Both the position numbers and the translations under genes were made by a program. This document shows, in pieces, positions 53,403 to 61,598 of a DNA stretch of 64,000 nt (position 1 is the stretch's first letter; each line of letters begins with the position of its first letter). Origin of the DNA: a virus; the IMG/VR virus record IMGVR_UViG_3300032180_000007, positions 1-64,000 of that record, one strand, 5' to 3'. A model generated the notes under the pieces. That model saw only the letters and a list, made by a program, of their open reading frames with translations. It was not told where the DNA came from and searched no databases.

Positions 53403-53545
53403 ACGAGACTGTCGCGGCTATGGCCAGCCACGATAGCCAGTGAGCCCCGATAGCGGGTTGACCATCCCCGGTTTTCGATGCGCTTCGGGCCGTGAATGAT
53501 TGCCCAGGCCCAGGGTTGATGAATGACAAGTCCTCTTATGATCAT
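53144..53545 (-). CDS. ASCH-domain protein
   Basis: VIHQPWAWAIIHGPKRIENRGW and C-terminal FRGMPGLFPV resemble the ASCH fold. Confidence 0.75.
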   Translation of the reverse strand: MIIRGLVIHQPWAWAIIHGPKRIENRGWSTRYRGSLAIVAGHSRDSLVQGRAFLEERGIEVPRDEDLAFGCILGVTAVRDCLPLAECPPDPFARGPFCWLLTEPAALDTPAPFRGMPGLFPVPLEACWSNKRW

Positions 53546-53682
53546 TTTTTTACTTCGTAGTAAACTTCGAATTTGATCATGTAATCACACCCGATCACGC
53601 TACACCAGATGCGATCACCGGACATAAACATTGGTTTGCCGCAGTGCTCCGCACACACGGTTTGTTCGTGTTCTCTGTCCAT
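53542..53682 (-). CDS. Cys-rich micro-protein (46 aa)
   Basis: ATGA overlap with the ASCH start. CAEHCG..CSVIGC. The 3' end carries the 16-nt motif. Confidence 0.45.
   Translation of the reverse strand: MDREHEQTVCAEHCGKPMFMSGDRIWCSVIGCDYMIKFEVYYEVKK
53549..53564 (-). repeat. junction motif copy TTTACTACGAAGTAAA
   Basis: Exact 16-mer on the minus strand, 3 nt upstream of the ASCH ATG 53545. Confidence 0.8.
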
Positions 53683-53687
53683 CAATA

Positions 53688-53900
53688 TTACAGGCATGAT
53701 CGCTCCTCGCAATCACAGTCATCGTCGTGGACTTCGCGTACCCATGAGGCCGCCTCGCGCGCTGAGTCGAACTCAAAGCTAACCTCTGCCTCGTAAGGTC
53801 TGCGTCGTAGCCCTACGATGCCCTCTTCCGAGCAGGTCAGTATTAGCGCAACGCGGTATTCGTCGCCACATTCAGCTTTCGCTATAGTTTCTCGTGCCAT
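53688..53900 (-). CDS. hypothetical protein
   Basis: 70-aa ORF. Confidence 0.6.
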   Translation of the reverse strand: MARETIAKAECGDEYRVALILTCSEEGIVGLRRRPYEAEVSFEFDSAREAASWVREVHDDDCDCEERSCL

Positions 53901-53937
53901 GTTCCATCCTCCATCGCCTAAATTTTCTGCCCCCTCT

Positions 53938-54123
53938 TCATTGGGGAATGTCTTCTCTCATTCTCAGCGCGGTCAAGCCGTAGCCTGCCGCACGGCGGGC
54001 GATAGCCCCTGCTCGATCAGCATCGCCTTCGGCTGCAAGCTGGGCTGCTGCTTGCCCCAACATCGCGGCGTTGGCCTCCAATCCGCTCTGGATAGATTCA
54101 AGGGTCGCTTGTTCTTCGGTCAC
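53938..54123 (-). CDS. hypothetical Ala-rich protein
   Basis: GTGA overlap with the upstream stop. 61 aa. Confidence 0.45.
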   Translation of the reverse strand: MTEEQATLESIQSGLEANAAMLGQAAAQLAAEGDADRAGAIARRAAGYGLTALRMREDIPQ

Positions 54124-54395
54124 CGCCTCACCACCTTGTCAATCTTTTCGATCTGCTCAACCTCGTGTCTCAGACAGATCGAGTGAGACCCGACCGTCCG
54201 AATCCCCTGTTCCTGCTCGCACCAGGCGCACGGGGCGTCGGTTAGCGTGAGTTGGGAGGCTGGCAGGCTGATGTAGCGGCCGGTGTCGATCTTGACCACG
54301 TACCGGCCGCTATCGGTGATACCGATGACGGTCCCAACGCCGCTGTCTGCGGCGAACGTCGCGGTGGCTCTCACCCTGCTACCGATTGTAATCAT
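54120..54395 (-). CDS. hypothetical protein with CAWC..GSHSIC.RH motif
   Basis: Start set at MITIG (ATGA coupling). The motif is shared with 55432-55656. Confidence 0.6.
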   Translation of the reverse strand: MITIGSRVRATATFAADSGVGTVIGITDSGRYVVKIDTGRYISLPASQLTLTDAPCAWCEQEQGIRTVGSHSICLRHEVEQIEKIDKVVRR

Positions 54396-54592
54396 AGTTT
54401 CTCCAGTCTCTCTTCGTTGGGAATGGTCATGCCGCACTGATTGAGGGCGAACTCCGCGAGGCGCGCACCATCGGGCCAAAGGTAATTGAGCGGGCCGTCA
54501 TAAGGGCGCAGGCCGGTTATGGTGTCTCGGTGGGGAAGCCACCACACTTCAATAGTGTCCCCGACTTTCAGGTCAGCACCTCTGACGATCAT
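54392..54592 (-). CDS. hypothetical protein
   Basis: Start set at MIVRG, which follows GGAGG. Confidence 0.6.
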   Translation of the reverse strand: MIVRGADLKVGDTIEVWWLPHRDTITGLRPYDGPLNYLWPDGARLAEFALNQCGMTIPNEERLEKL

Positions 54593-54738
54593 AATTCCTC
54601 CAGTCTGCGAATTAGGCTCGCCCATCGACCAGGCGTCCCCGCATAAATACCACGCTGCTGACTCTCTTCATTCTCAACTTTGAGAGCCACCATCATTTCA
54701 GCGAACAGATCCACATCGACTACCCTGTCTCTACTCAT
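54589..54738 (-). CDS. micro-protein (49 aa)
   Basis: ATGA overlap downstream. Fills a gap otherwise empty. Below the track cutoff. Confidence 0.45.
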   Translation of the reverse strand: MSRDRVVDVDLFAEMMVALKVENEESQQRGIYAGTPGRWASLIRRLEEL

Positions 54739-54889
54739 AGATCACCCCAGTGCATTGCCATTCCCCGATGGCAACGCGAATATTGGCCTCAGCCTCTGTC
54801 GACAGAAGCCGGCCAGATTGATCAACTAAGTCTCCCCGCTCATCGCGGTAGACTTTGAATCCGTCTAGATCGGTAAATACGAGTCTCAT
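54731..54889 (-). CDS. micro-protein (52 aa)
   Basis: ATGA overlap with the upstream stop. Below the track cutoff. Confidence 0.45.
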   Translation of the reverse strand: MRLVFTDLDGFKVYRDERGDLVDQSGRLLSTEAEANIRVAIGEWQCTGVIYE

Positions 54890-55272
54890 TCTTCCTCCCA
54901 TCCCTCACGAATCATCTGAGAACAAGACCAGCACGCTTGACCGCTTTCGTCGGTTTCCTGCAATGCCTCCATTTCTTCGCGAGGCATTGCGGCCAAACAG
55001 CAGTCTTTACAGACCGGCCCAGTTTCGTCTATTCGGGTTGCTTCGTTCGCGCCCTGACTCAGCCAGATTTCGTTTTCCGAAAATCCGCCCTCAACAAGCG
55101 CGTCAAAAGGAAGCCGGACAACAAAACCAGCGTGCGCGCTAGTTCCAGCAAGGCGCCCGTTTGAAACGTAAACTGGCGTAGCAACACAGATTACCCCGGC
55201 GCCGTCCGCCTCGTGTTCAAGGCCCCGAGCGCAGCCTAGCGATACGCGGATTTCTGAGTATTTTTCTGCCAA
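54886..55272 (-). CDS. hypothetical protein
   Basis: 128-aa ORF. Confidence 0.65.
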   Translation of the reverse strand: MAEKYSEIRVSLGCARGLEHEADGAGVICVATPVYVSNGRLAGTSAHAGFVVRLPFDALVEGGFSENEIWLSQGANEATRIDETGPVCKDCCLAAMPREEMEALQETDESGQACWSCSQMIREGWEEE

Positions 55273-55306
55273 TCATTAAACATTTCGTGCGTTGGTTCAA
55301 AACTTT

Positions 55307-55435
55307 TCATGTCGTCTCCTTTTCTTTCTGTCCCCTACAGGTCGCGCAGAAACTCCCCTCGCAGCCGTAGGAGATTCGCGACTCAAGCTCATCGCAATCA
55401 ACCCAGCGACCGCAGCCGTCGCATTGGCCATTCAT
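55307..55435 (-). CDS. zinc-ribbon micro-protein (42 aa)
   Basis: Start set at MNGQCDGCG (ATGA coupling). C-terminal CATC. Confidence 0.5.
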   Translation of the reverse strand: MNGQCDGCGRWVDCDELESRISYGCEGSFCATCRGQKEKETT

Positions 55436-55656
55436 GATACCCTCGCCGCGAAAAATTTCTGCAACTCTTCTTTCTGGTGTCTCGCACAAATCCCGTGCGA
55501 GCCCGATGATTGTACGCCAGCGTCTCGCTGACACCACGCGCAGGGGTTAGTCTGCTCCTCATTGCACGTAGCGTAGTGCACGCCGACCGGCATCACCAAA
55601 CAATTCGGGCAATGCCAAATCTCAAGTCCTTTTTCGGTTTGTGTTTGCGTATTCAT
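55432..55656 (-). CDS. hypothetical protein with CAWC..GSHGIC.RH motif
   Basis: 74 aa. Contains CPNC and a C-terminal motif paralogous to 54120-54395. Confidence 0.6.
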   Translation of the reverse strand: MNTQTQTEKGLEIWHCPNCLVMPVGVHYATCNEEQTNPCAWCQRDAGVQSSGSHGICARHQKEELQKFFAARVS

Positions 55657-55708
55657 AATTATTCTATTCGCAACTTTCGTTCTCTCTGTAAGTGCTTATA
55701 TTCCAGCA

Positions 55709-55894
55709 CTACGGAGCGAACGTGTTGCAAATAGCAGCAACCTGTTCGTGGTCCTGCTGCTGCAAATCTACACACTCGCACTGAGCCCGAGTAGTAGAAC
55801 TGCGAATCTCCGGAATTGAAAGAGGGCAGCCGGGAGCGTGGCCGGCTGCGTATCGGCTCAGGTATAGTGCGGAGATTTGGTGCGGATCAGTCAT
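55709..55894 (-). CDS. hypothetical protein
   Basis: Start trimmed to MTDPH. 8-nt overlap with the upstream stop. Confidence 0.45.
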   Translation of the reverse strand: MTDPHQISALYLSRYAAGHAPGCPLSIPEIRSSTTRAQCECVDLQQQDHEQVAAICNTFAP

Positions 55895-56117
55895 TACAGG
55901 ACTCCCAATATTCGGCGACTGAGCCAAAATTCGAGTGCTTGTAATCGTCAAAAAAGATCAGCGCGGTCGGGCTGTCAGTTTTGAATGTCTGTGCAAGAAA
56001 CTCGCGATAGGTCGCCTTCTCTGGTGTCGCGTCGTGACACCAGGGGCACAGCATCATCCGCGACCGTTCGCGATACGCGACTTGTTCTTCCGCTCCGCAA
56101 ATTCTGCAATAAACCAT
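55887..56117 (-). CDS. zinc-ribbon protein
   Basis: CRICG..CPWCH. 76 aa. Confidence 0.6.
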   Translation of the reverse strand: MVYCRICGAEEQVAYRERSRMMLCPWCHDATPEKATYREFLAQTFKTDSPTALIFFDDYKHSNFGSVAEYWESCND

Positions 56118-56168
56118 TTCCGTCCTCCACGGACCAGGCCGTAGCCTGGTTTCGCCGCTTACGGTTCG

Positions 56169-56597
56169 TCAGCGTGGTTGTTCTGATCTGAGTTTTTCAA
56201 CAATATCTTCAAGCCGTGAAATTTGGGCTCTGAGCGCATCGTATCGCACTGAACAGTACAGCGCTTTTATCCGCTCAGGGCTAATCGCAGAGGACCAAGT
56301 AACCGCATATTGGTTCATTCGCTCGCCGTCCTCGGTCTTGACCCACTCAACGTCACCTGGCACCAAAAACCTTTCCGGAACAGTCACGACAGAGTTGGTG
56401 GCCCACGAATCAAAGTAGACTCGCGCAAATCCTTCGTCCACGAAAGCGATTGCGTTGATTGCCCCTGCTTGGTTTGACGATGTGTCGCGGAGCATTACCC
56501 ACGTCGAATCCTCGATCTGTACACGCCGACAAAAGTCAAGCGCCGTGAGTCCGCGTTCATTGTAGCTTGTAAATCCCAATTGAATAGTAAATGGCAT
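56169..56597 (-). CDS. hypothetical protein
   Basis: 142-aa ORF. Confidence 0.7.
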   Translation of the reverse strand: MPFTIQLGFTSYNERGLTALDFCRRVQIEDSTWVMLRDTSSNQAGAINAIAFVDEGFARVYFDSWATNSVVTVPERFLVPGDVEWVKTEDGERMNQYAVTWSSAISPERIKALYCSVRYDALRAQISRLEDIVEKLRSEQPR

Positions 56598-56663
56598 ATT
56601 CGTTCTCCCTTTTTACGCCCATAGGCGATTCAAAGATATCCGGCGTCGATCTCCGGTACGACG

Positions 56664-57020
56664 TTAGGCGAGTCGCGCATCTGCATCCTCGCGCAGTTCT
56701 GCTAAGCGCCGGTCGCGCTCAGCGTTCACCGCCTCAACAAAACGCGGGTCGTCGGGGCCTTGGCGGGGGTCAATTCCCGCGTCGAGACAGAACTTGTATT
56801 CATACAGCAGCAATCCTTTCGGGTTGCAAATCTCACAATTTGCCGCGTCTTGGACACTGACATGATCAGTATGCTCACGCTCCGCTCTCAGACGTGCGAC
56901 TGTCGCCGCGCACGCTGAGCAATTCGAAGAATCGAAGTGGAAATAGTCTGGGGCGAACTCGCTGGTACATTCCTCGCTGTGTCCCCCAACAAAATCGTAC
57001 TCGTTTTCTCGTTTACCCAT
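56664..57020 (-). CDS. hypothetical protein, first gene of minus early block
   Basis: 118-aa ORF facing the divergent control region. Confidence 0.7.
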   Translation of the reverse strand: MGKRENEYDFVGGHSEECTSEFAPDYFHFDSSNCSACAATVARLRAEREHTDHVSVQDAANCEICNPKGLLLYEYKFCLDAGIDPRQGPDDPRFVEAVNAERDRRLAELREDADARLA

Positions 57021-57120
57021 TTCTCTCTCCCGTCACTCGTTGCTCTTGTCACGATTAGAACTATAGCGCACGTGCGAGAGATTGTCAACAGAAAAAGTCA
57101 CGTACGCTCGAAGTATTTTC

Positions 57121-57155
57121 TTGACGAGAGAGTATCTATATTGTATATAGATACT
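57121..57155 (+). promoter_or_regulatory. sigma70-like promoter overlapped by a 25-bp palindrome
   Basis: TTGACG 57121-57126, a 17-nt spacer, TATATA 57144-57149. The palindrome AGTATCTATAT-tgt-ATATAGATACT spans 57131-57155 and ends 1 nt before the ATG. Confidence 0.55.
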
Positions 57156-57353
57156 ATGCACGACACGCTCACCGTCCACGAGGCCGCAAGCATAGTAGGC
57201 GTCTCCGCCGACCGGATGCGCCAGTTCATCCGTGAGGGGCGGATTCCGCACCAAAAATTCGGCCCCGTCTATACCGTGCAACGAAAGCACTTAGCGCGCC
57301 TGCGAAACCGAAAGAATGGTCGCCCTAAAAAATCTCTCACGCCCACGAAATAG
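57156..57353 (+). CDS. helix-turn-helix DNA-binding protein
   Basis: LTVHEAASIVGVSADRMRQFIREGRIP is an HTH. The ATG lies 7 nt after the -10 with no SD, so the mRNA is a leaderless candidate. Confidence 0.7.
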   Translation: MHDTLTVHEAASIVGVSADRMRQFIREGRIPHQKFGPVYTVQRKHLARLRNRKNGRPKKSLTPTK

Positions 57354-57438
57354 TTATTGACAATCTCTCGCGTCCGTGCTAGAGTATTACTGTGATGAGG
57401 GCGAGCGCGACAGGGCTAACACGCACAGCGAGGACAGT

Positions 57439-57606
57439 ATGAATGTTGAAGAAGTTCAAGAATTAGCATGTTTGTACAATGAGGAGTTTGGTGACGCGGA
57501 ACTCGATAAAGAGTGGACTGAAACAGCCTACAATGATCTCGGGCGTGCGGAGCAGGAACAAATTTCCTGGGCTGACTTTCACGACGCGATTCAAGCCAGC
57601 AGGTAA
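57439..57606 (+). CDS. acidic hypothetical protein
   Basis: Start set at the ATG after GAGGA. 55 aa. Confidence 0.5.
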   Translation: MNVEEVQELACLYNEEFGDAELDKEWTETAYNDLGRAEQEQISWADFHDAIQASR

Positions 57607-57670
57607 CTGGCGCATAGGGCGCACCCGTGGCCAGCGGGGTCTGGCCGGGAAAGGGAATCAGGGGATACAG

Positions 57671-57856
57671 ATGGCTAATACGATTCAGATCGACTATCTC
57701 GACCAGGACGGTAATCTGGTCGGTACGTATCAGACCGGGGAAGATAACACTCCTGAGATTCGGGCGGAATGGGACAGATGGCTGAATGATAGCGCCGTGG
57801 AGCATCCGGGCGCACCAGCCGAGTGGTCAGAGTACAGGCTAGTCAGCGGTGCGTAG
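57671..57856 (+). CDS. hypothetical protein
   Basis: Start set at the ATG after AGGGGA. 61 aa. Confidence 0.5.
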   Translation: MANTIQIDYLDQDGNLVGTYQTGEDNTPEIRAEWDRWLNDSAVEHPGAPAEWSEYRLVSGA

Positions 57857-58002
57857 CTCTTAGGCCCGCCCGTGGCTCCTGATGCTAGCCTCGGCAATGC
57901 AGAGGCGAGTTAACTCCACGGGCGGGCTCCCAACCGAGACGCGACCTTTAGCGGATTGAGGGCCAGTAGAGCTTGCTCCTGAGCCCAAGATGGAGGAAGG
58001 AA

Positions 58003-58167
58003 ATGGGAAGTGACGCAGAATGGTACTATGATTTCTTCAACGCGCTCACTGAGCAAGAACGTGGGGCGTTGGACATCGAGAAGTTTAATGAGATTACGGC
58101 ACTCCGCAATTCTCACACTCTTATGCCGTTCGCAGCAATAGAGCGGTATAGGAGATCAACGGAATAA
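58003..58167 (+). CDS. hypothetical protein
   Basis: Start set at the ATG after GGAGGAAGG. 54 aa. Confidence 0.5.
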   Translation: MGSDAEWYYDFFNALTEQERGALDIEKFNEITALRNSHTLMPFAAIERYRRSTE

Positions 58168-58263
58168 GCCTGCGCAGTCTCAACCCCGCGTAGTCCCTTA
58201 CGAGGGGCGGGCAGGATAAACGGCAGGGCAAGCGTCCTCAAGGACGTAAAAGGAGATAATGCA

Positions 58264-58464
58264 ATGCTGAAAAGTAAGAGGACGTATATATCTTCGTTCG
58301 AAGCGAATGAGATCGAAAAGCTCTTCGATAAGCAGGTCTCATCGTTGCTCGCGGAGATAGAACTCACCCCCACGCTTGACACGGTAGCGGTGAGATTTTC
58401 GTGCGCGTGCGTGCGCTTGGCGGGACGACGTGCGCGGACGACACAGCAGTGCTCGACGCGGTAA
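58264..58464 (+). CDS. hypothetical protein
   Basis: AAAGGAG RBS. 66 aa. Confidence 0.5.
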   Translation: MLKSKRTYISSFEANEIEKLFDKQVSSLLAEIELTPTLDTVAVRFSCACVRLAGRRARTTQQCSTR

Positions 58465-58571
58465 GTGACCTGGATTGCCAGAAGTGGATCACGCGATATC
58501 GCAGCACTGGGCGGCTCGCTTGATGTTTGCCCGCAAGCTTGCCGGTCTGAATAGCAGGCATTGGAGGTAAG

Positions 58572-58790
58572 TTGAAACGATTGTTATTAATTCTCTTTTT
58601 GGCCTGCGGAGTCTTTGTCAACTCCGCGATATACAACAGAAGTTCGACCCCATCTGTCCAGGCGCAGGAGCCGATTGAGCCGGAATTCAACCCAGAGGAA
58701 TCGGGTAGTTGTCCGAGAGGCAAGAAGCTCGTGTGCTGTGGCACACGATGTGGAATGCTGCCGGGCACCTACATTTGTTGGTGCCAGTGA
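58572..58790 (+). CDS. secreted cysteine-rich small protein
   Basis: TTG start after GGAGG. Signal-like MKRLLLILFLACGVFVNSA. Six Cys in the last 30 residues. Confidence 0.55.
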   Translation: MKRLLLILFLACGVFVNSAIYNRSSTPSVQAQEPIEPEFNPEESGSCPRGKKLVCCGTRCGMLPGTYICWCQ

Positions 58791-58890
58791 GCACGAGGAT
58801 TCGCAGGGGAGCAGGGCCAACCCGTTCATTCACCACTGGTAGGCTAAAGACGGGAGAGCTTAAACCTGGCCGCTGCTCCCTTCGCGATAA

Positions 58891-59400
58891 ATGAAGAGCA
58901 AGCTGCCCCGAGTCACAGAAATCCTGGCCAATGCCGGCCTGATCGACACACGATGGTTCAAGCCGGAGCACGCTGAACGCGGCACGCTGGTGCACGCGGC
59001 CTGCCAGTACGATGACTGGGGCGAGACCGATCAGGTGCCACTGGCCCCTGAGTTGGCCGGCTATCTGGAGGCGTGGCGTCGGTTCCAGCGTGAGAACGCC
59101 TGGGAGTGTGAAGCGATTGAGCAGCCGGTCAGCACTGCCGAGTACACGGGCACCCTGGACCGCGCCGGCCGGCTCGGGCCGTGGAGAGCAATCCTCGATA
59201 TCAAGACTGGGGCCGTGGGCTCGTGGGTGCGCTATCAGCTCGTCGCCTACGCGAACGCCTATCAACCGGGTGTGATGTTCCGGCGCGTCGCAGTTAGGCT
59301 CAGCGCTGATGGTCACTATCAGATCAAAGAGTTTTCAGTCGCGGAGTTTATCCGTGACAGACAAGAATGGTTGAGGATGGTCAGACAATATGGGCGATAA
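58891..59400 (+). CDS. PD-(D/E)xK (RecB/Cas4-like) nuclease
   Basis: GTLDRAG, AILDIKTG and YQLVAYA give the D..DxK..QxxxY pattern. Confidence 0.75.
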   Translation: MKSKLPRVTEILANAGLIDTRWFKPEHAERGTLVHAACQYDDWGETDQVPLAPELAGYLEAWRRFQRENAWECEAIEQPVSTAEYTGTLDRAGRLGPWRAILDIKTGAVGSWVRYQLVAYANAYQPGVMFRRVAVRLSADGHYQIKEFSVAEFIRDRQEWLRMVRQYGR

Positions 59401-60103
59401 CGGATTTGATGAACAGCAAGCCCTGGAACTCGAACGCGAGGGCCAAGCCTGGAGCAGCATCACATTGCCTGCGGTAGCGGAGTGGGATGCTGAGGTTTGC
59501 AACTTCGCTGCGCGACTCATGGACGACAGCAATCGGTTCCTGCGGTCAGTCCAGGACTGCTTCGAACCAGAGACCAAGCGCCGCTTTGAGGCTCACAAAC
59601 AGCTTACGACGTGGCGGAAGCGCGTGGAAGGGCCTGCCAGTCTCTTGCAAGCTCGTATCAAGACTGATACCGCTGCGTTTCTGCGCCTTGAGCGCGATCG
59701 GGCTGAAGCTGAGCGCCAGCGTCTCCAGGCTCAGGCCGACGAAGACGCGCGCCAAGCAACCCTGGCCGCAGCCATTGAAGCCGAAGAGTTAGGGATGGAT
59801 GACGAATCTATTGAGATGGTGCTGTCCACGCCGGTCCAGGCTGAAATTGTGCGGGCACCGGAGATTTCGCGAGTCGCCGGCGTTACCACGCGCGAGGACT
59901 GGAAAGCGCGTGTTGTTGATCTGCCGGCTCTCCTGCATTATTTGGCGGACCATAAAGAACTGCGCCCGCTTGCGGTCGAGACGAAGATTATTGCGGTCGT
60001 GCAAGCATCGCTGAACAAGCTCGCGAGCGTCCACCAGCGTGAGCTAAATATCCCCGGAGTCGAGGCATATCCCGATGTCCGGGGTGTGAAGACTGGGAGA
60101 TAG
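59390..60103 (+). CDS. coiled-coil hypothetical protein (recombination module)
   Basis: 237-aa ORF between the nuclease and the annealase-like gene. Confidence 0.7.
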   Translation: MGDNGFDEQQALELEREGQAWSSITLPAVAEWDAEVCNFAARLMDDSNRFLRSVQDCFEPETKRRFEAHKQLTTWRKRVEGPASLLQARIKTDTAAFLRLERDRAEAERQRLQAQADEDARQATLAAAIEAEELGMDDESIEMVLSTPVQAEIVRAPEISRVAGVTTREDWKARVVDLPALLHYLADHKELRPLAVETKIIAVVQASLNKLASVHQRELNIPGVEAYPDVRGVKTGR

Positions 60104-60171
60104 ATCAGCAAAGCTGAGCGTGATGGGGATGTAACCAGGCACCTCTACAATGATTTGGTCAGAGTTCAAAA

Positions 60172-60187
60172 ATTACTACGAAGTAAA
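60172..60187 (+). repeat. junction motif copy ATTACTACGAAGTAAA
   Basis: 8 nt upstream of ATG 60196. Confidence 0.8.
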
Positions 60188-60195
60188 AAGGGGAT

Positions 60196-61455
60196 ATGAT
60201 GAGTTCAAACAGTTTACAACGAATTGAGCAACAAGCAATTGCTTATCAGGAGGATGAACTTTCCATTGAGCAAGTACTTGCCCAGGTGCAGAAAATCCAG
60301 TTGGTCATGGAGCGGGTGATGAAAAGCGGCGAGCACTTTGGAGTTATACCGGGAACAAATAAACCGACGCTCCTAAAGCCTGGTGCTGAAAAGTTGTGCC
60401 TTACGTTTCGACTCGACCCACAGTATGAATCCACTGAAACCTATGACGGCGCGCACCTGACCGTGAAAAGCCGGTGTACCCTCTACCATATTACTACGGG
60501 GAATCGTCTTGGAAGCGGCGAGGGCTCCTGCTCGACTAAAGAGGCTAAATACGCCTATAGAAAAGGCGAGCGCACATGTCCGGGCTGTGGTGCTGCGGCG
60601 ATAATCAAGGGCAAAGCCGAATATGGCGGCGGATGGGTTTGTTTCGGTAAGAAGGGCGGCTGTGGTGCCAAGTACGAGGATGGCGATCAGTCCATCGAAG
60701 GGCAGCAAACTGGTCGTATTGCAAACCCTGACCTAGCTGATCAATACAATACCGTTCTGAAAATGGCGAACAAGAGATCGTTGGTTGCTGCGGTTCTTAA
60801 TGTAACTGCCGCCTCCGACATATTCACTCAGGATTTGGAAGAGCAGGAACGACCTAGCGGTTCCGAACCGGCGCATGATCCGCTTGCTGAATGGCGCAAT
60901 AGATTTGCCCAAGCAATGACGGCAGACGAATTCACTGCTCTGATTGCTGAAGCCAGAACGGTGCCAGCCGCAATTCTCAAACAAGTCGGAAAGCTGCTCG
61001 GACAAGCAGCAAAAGATAGAGGGCTCAAACTCAGCACGGATAAGACCAAATTCGAATTGCAGAATGAAGCTACCAAATCAACCGCGCAGTCTCCCGCTGA
61101 ACCCGCTGAGCCAGAGCCGCTCGTTAAACAGCCGGTGATATTCCCCACCGGACCGAGTTCGGGGCAGCCCGTGCCGGCCGGCACGCAACAAACAGAATCT
61201 TGGCTGCGAGACATCGCTGCTGACGAAACCGCTTGGGAGTGCACCCATAAGCGCACTCGTGAGAGGCTCATGATTAAGCTCCAGGCTGGCTTCGCTGCCG
61301 GTCTAAGCAAATCTGAAATGGTGGGCGATAGGCGGGTTATGTCGCTCACAAAAGAACAGATTGAATTGTTGGTGGCAGAACTGGAGCACAAGGTCACTGA
61401 GCGGGAGACCGCGAAAGCGGCTCCTGCTGCTACTTTGCCGGGGGTGAAAGTATGA
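60196..61455 (+). CDS. putative ssDNA-binding/annealing-type protein with inserted zinc ribbon (function uncertain)
   Basis: 419 aa. Contains LLKPGAEKL, CPGCG..CGAKY and NTVLKMANKRSLVAAVLNV. Sits next to the nuclease. Confidence 0.7.
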   Translation: MMSSNSLQRIEQQAIAYQEDELSIEQVLAQVQKIQLVMERVMKSGEHFGVIPGTNKPTLLKPGAEKLCLTFRLDPQYESTETYDGAHLTVKSRCTLYHITTGNRLGSGEGSCSTKEAKYAYRKGERTCPGCGAAAIIKGKAEYGGGWVCFGKKGGCGAKYEDGDQSIEGQQTGRIANPDLADQYNTVLKMANKRSLVAAVLNVTAASDIFTQDLEEQERPSGSEPAHDPLAEWRNRFAQAMTADEFTALIAEARTVPAAILKQVGKLLGQAAKDRGLKLSTDKTKFELQNEATKSTAQSPAEPAEPEPLVKQPVIFPTGPSSGQPVPAGTQQTESWLRDIAADETAWECTHKRTRERLMIKLQAGFAAGLSKSEMVGDRRVMSLTKEQIELLVAELEHKVTERETAKAAPAATLPGVKV

Positions 61456-61598
61456 CAAAAGAAGAACGCGATGTTGTTGTTAAGGCGGCTCGCGAATTCC
61501 CACCCAATCATTGGAAATATTGGCGGGCTCATGGCCACGACTGACCAGCTACCGCGCTCGCGAAGTTTCGCGGCGAACCAATTTATTTGGATTTGGAG

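Noticed and set aside
58687-59316. 209-aa minus-strand ORF
   Set aside because: It is antisense to the PD-(D/E)xK nuclease gene, which has clear catalytic motifs. It has no RBS and its composition looks like junk.
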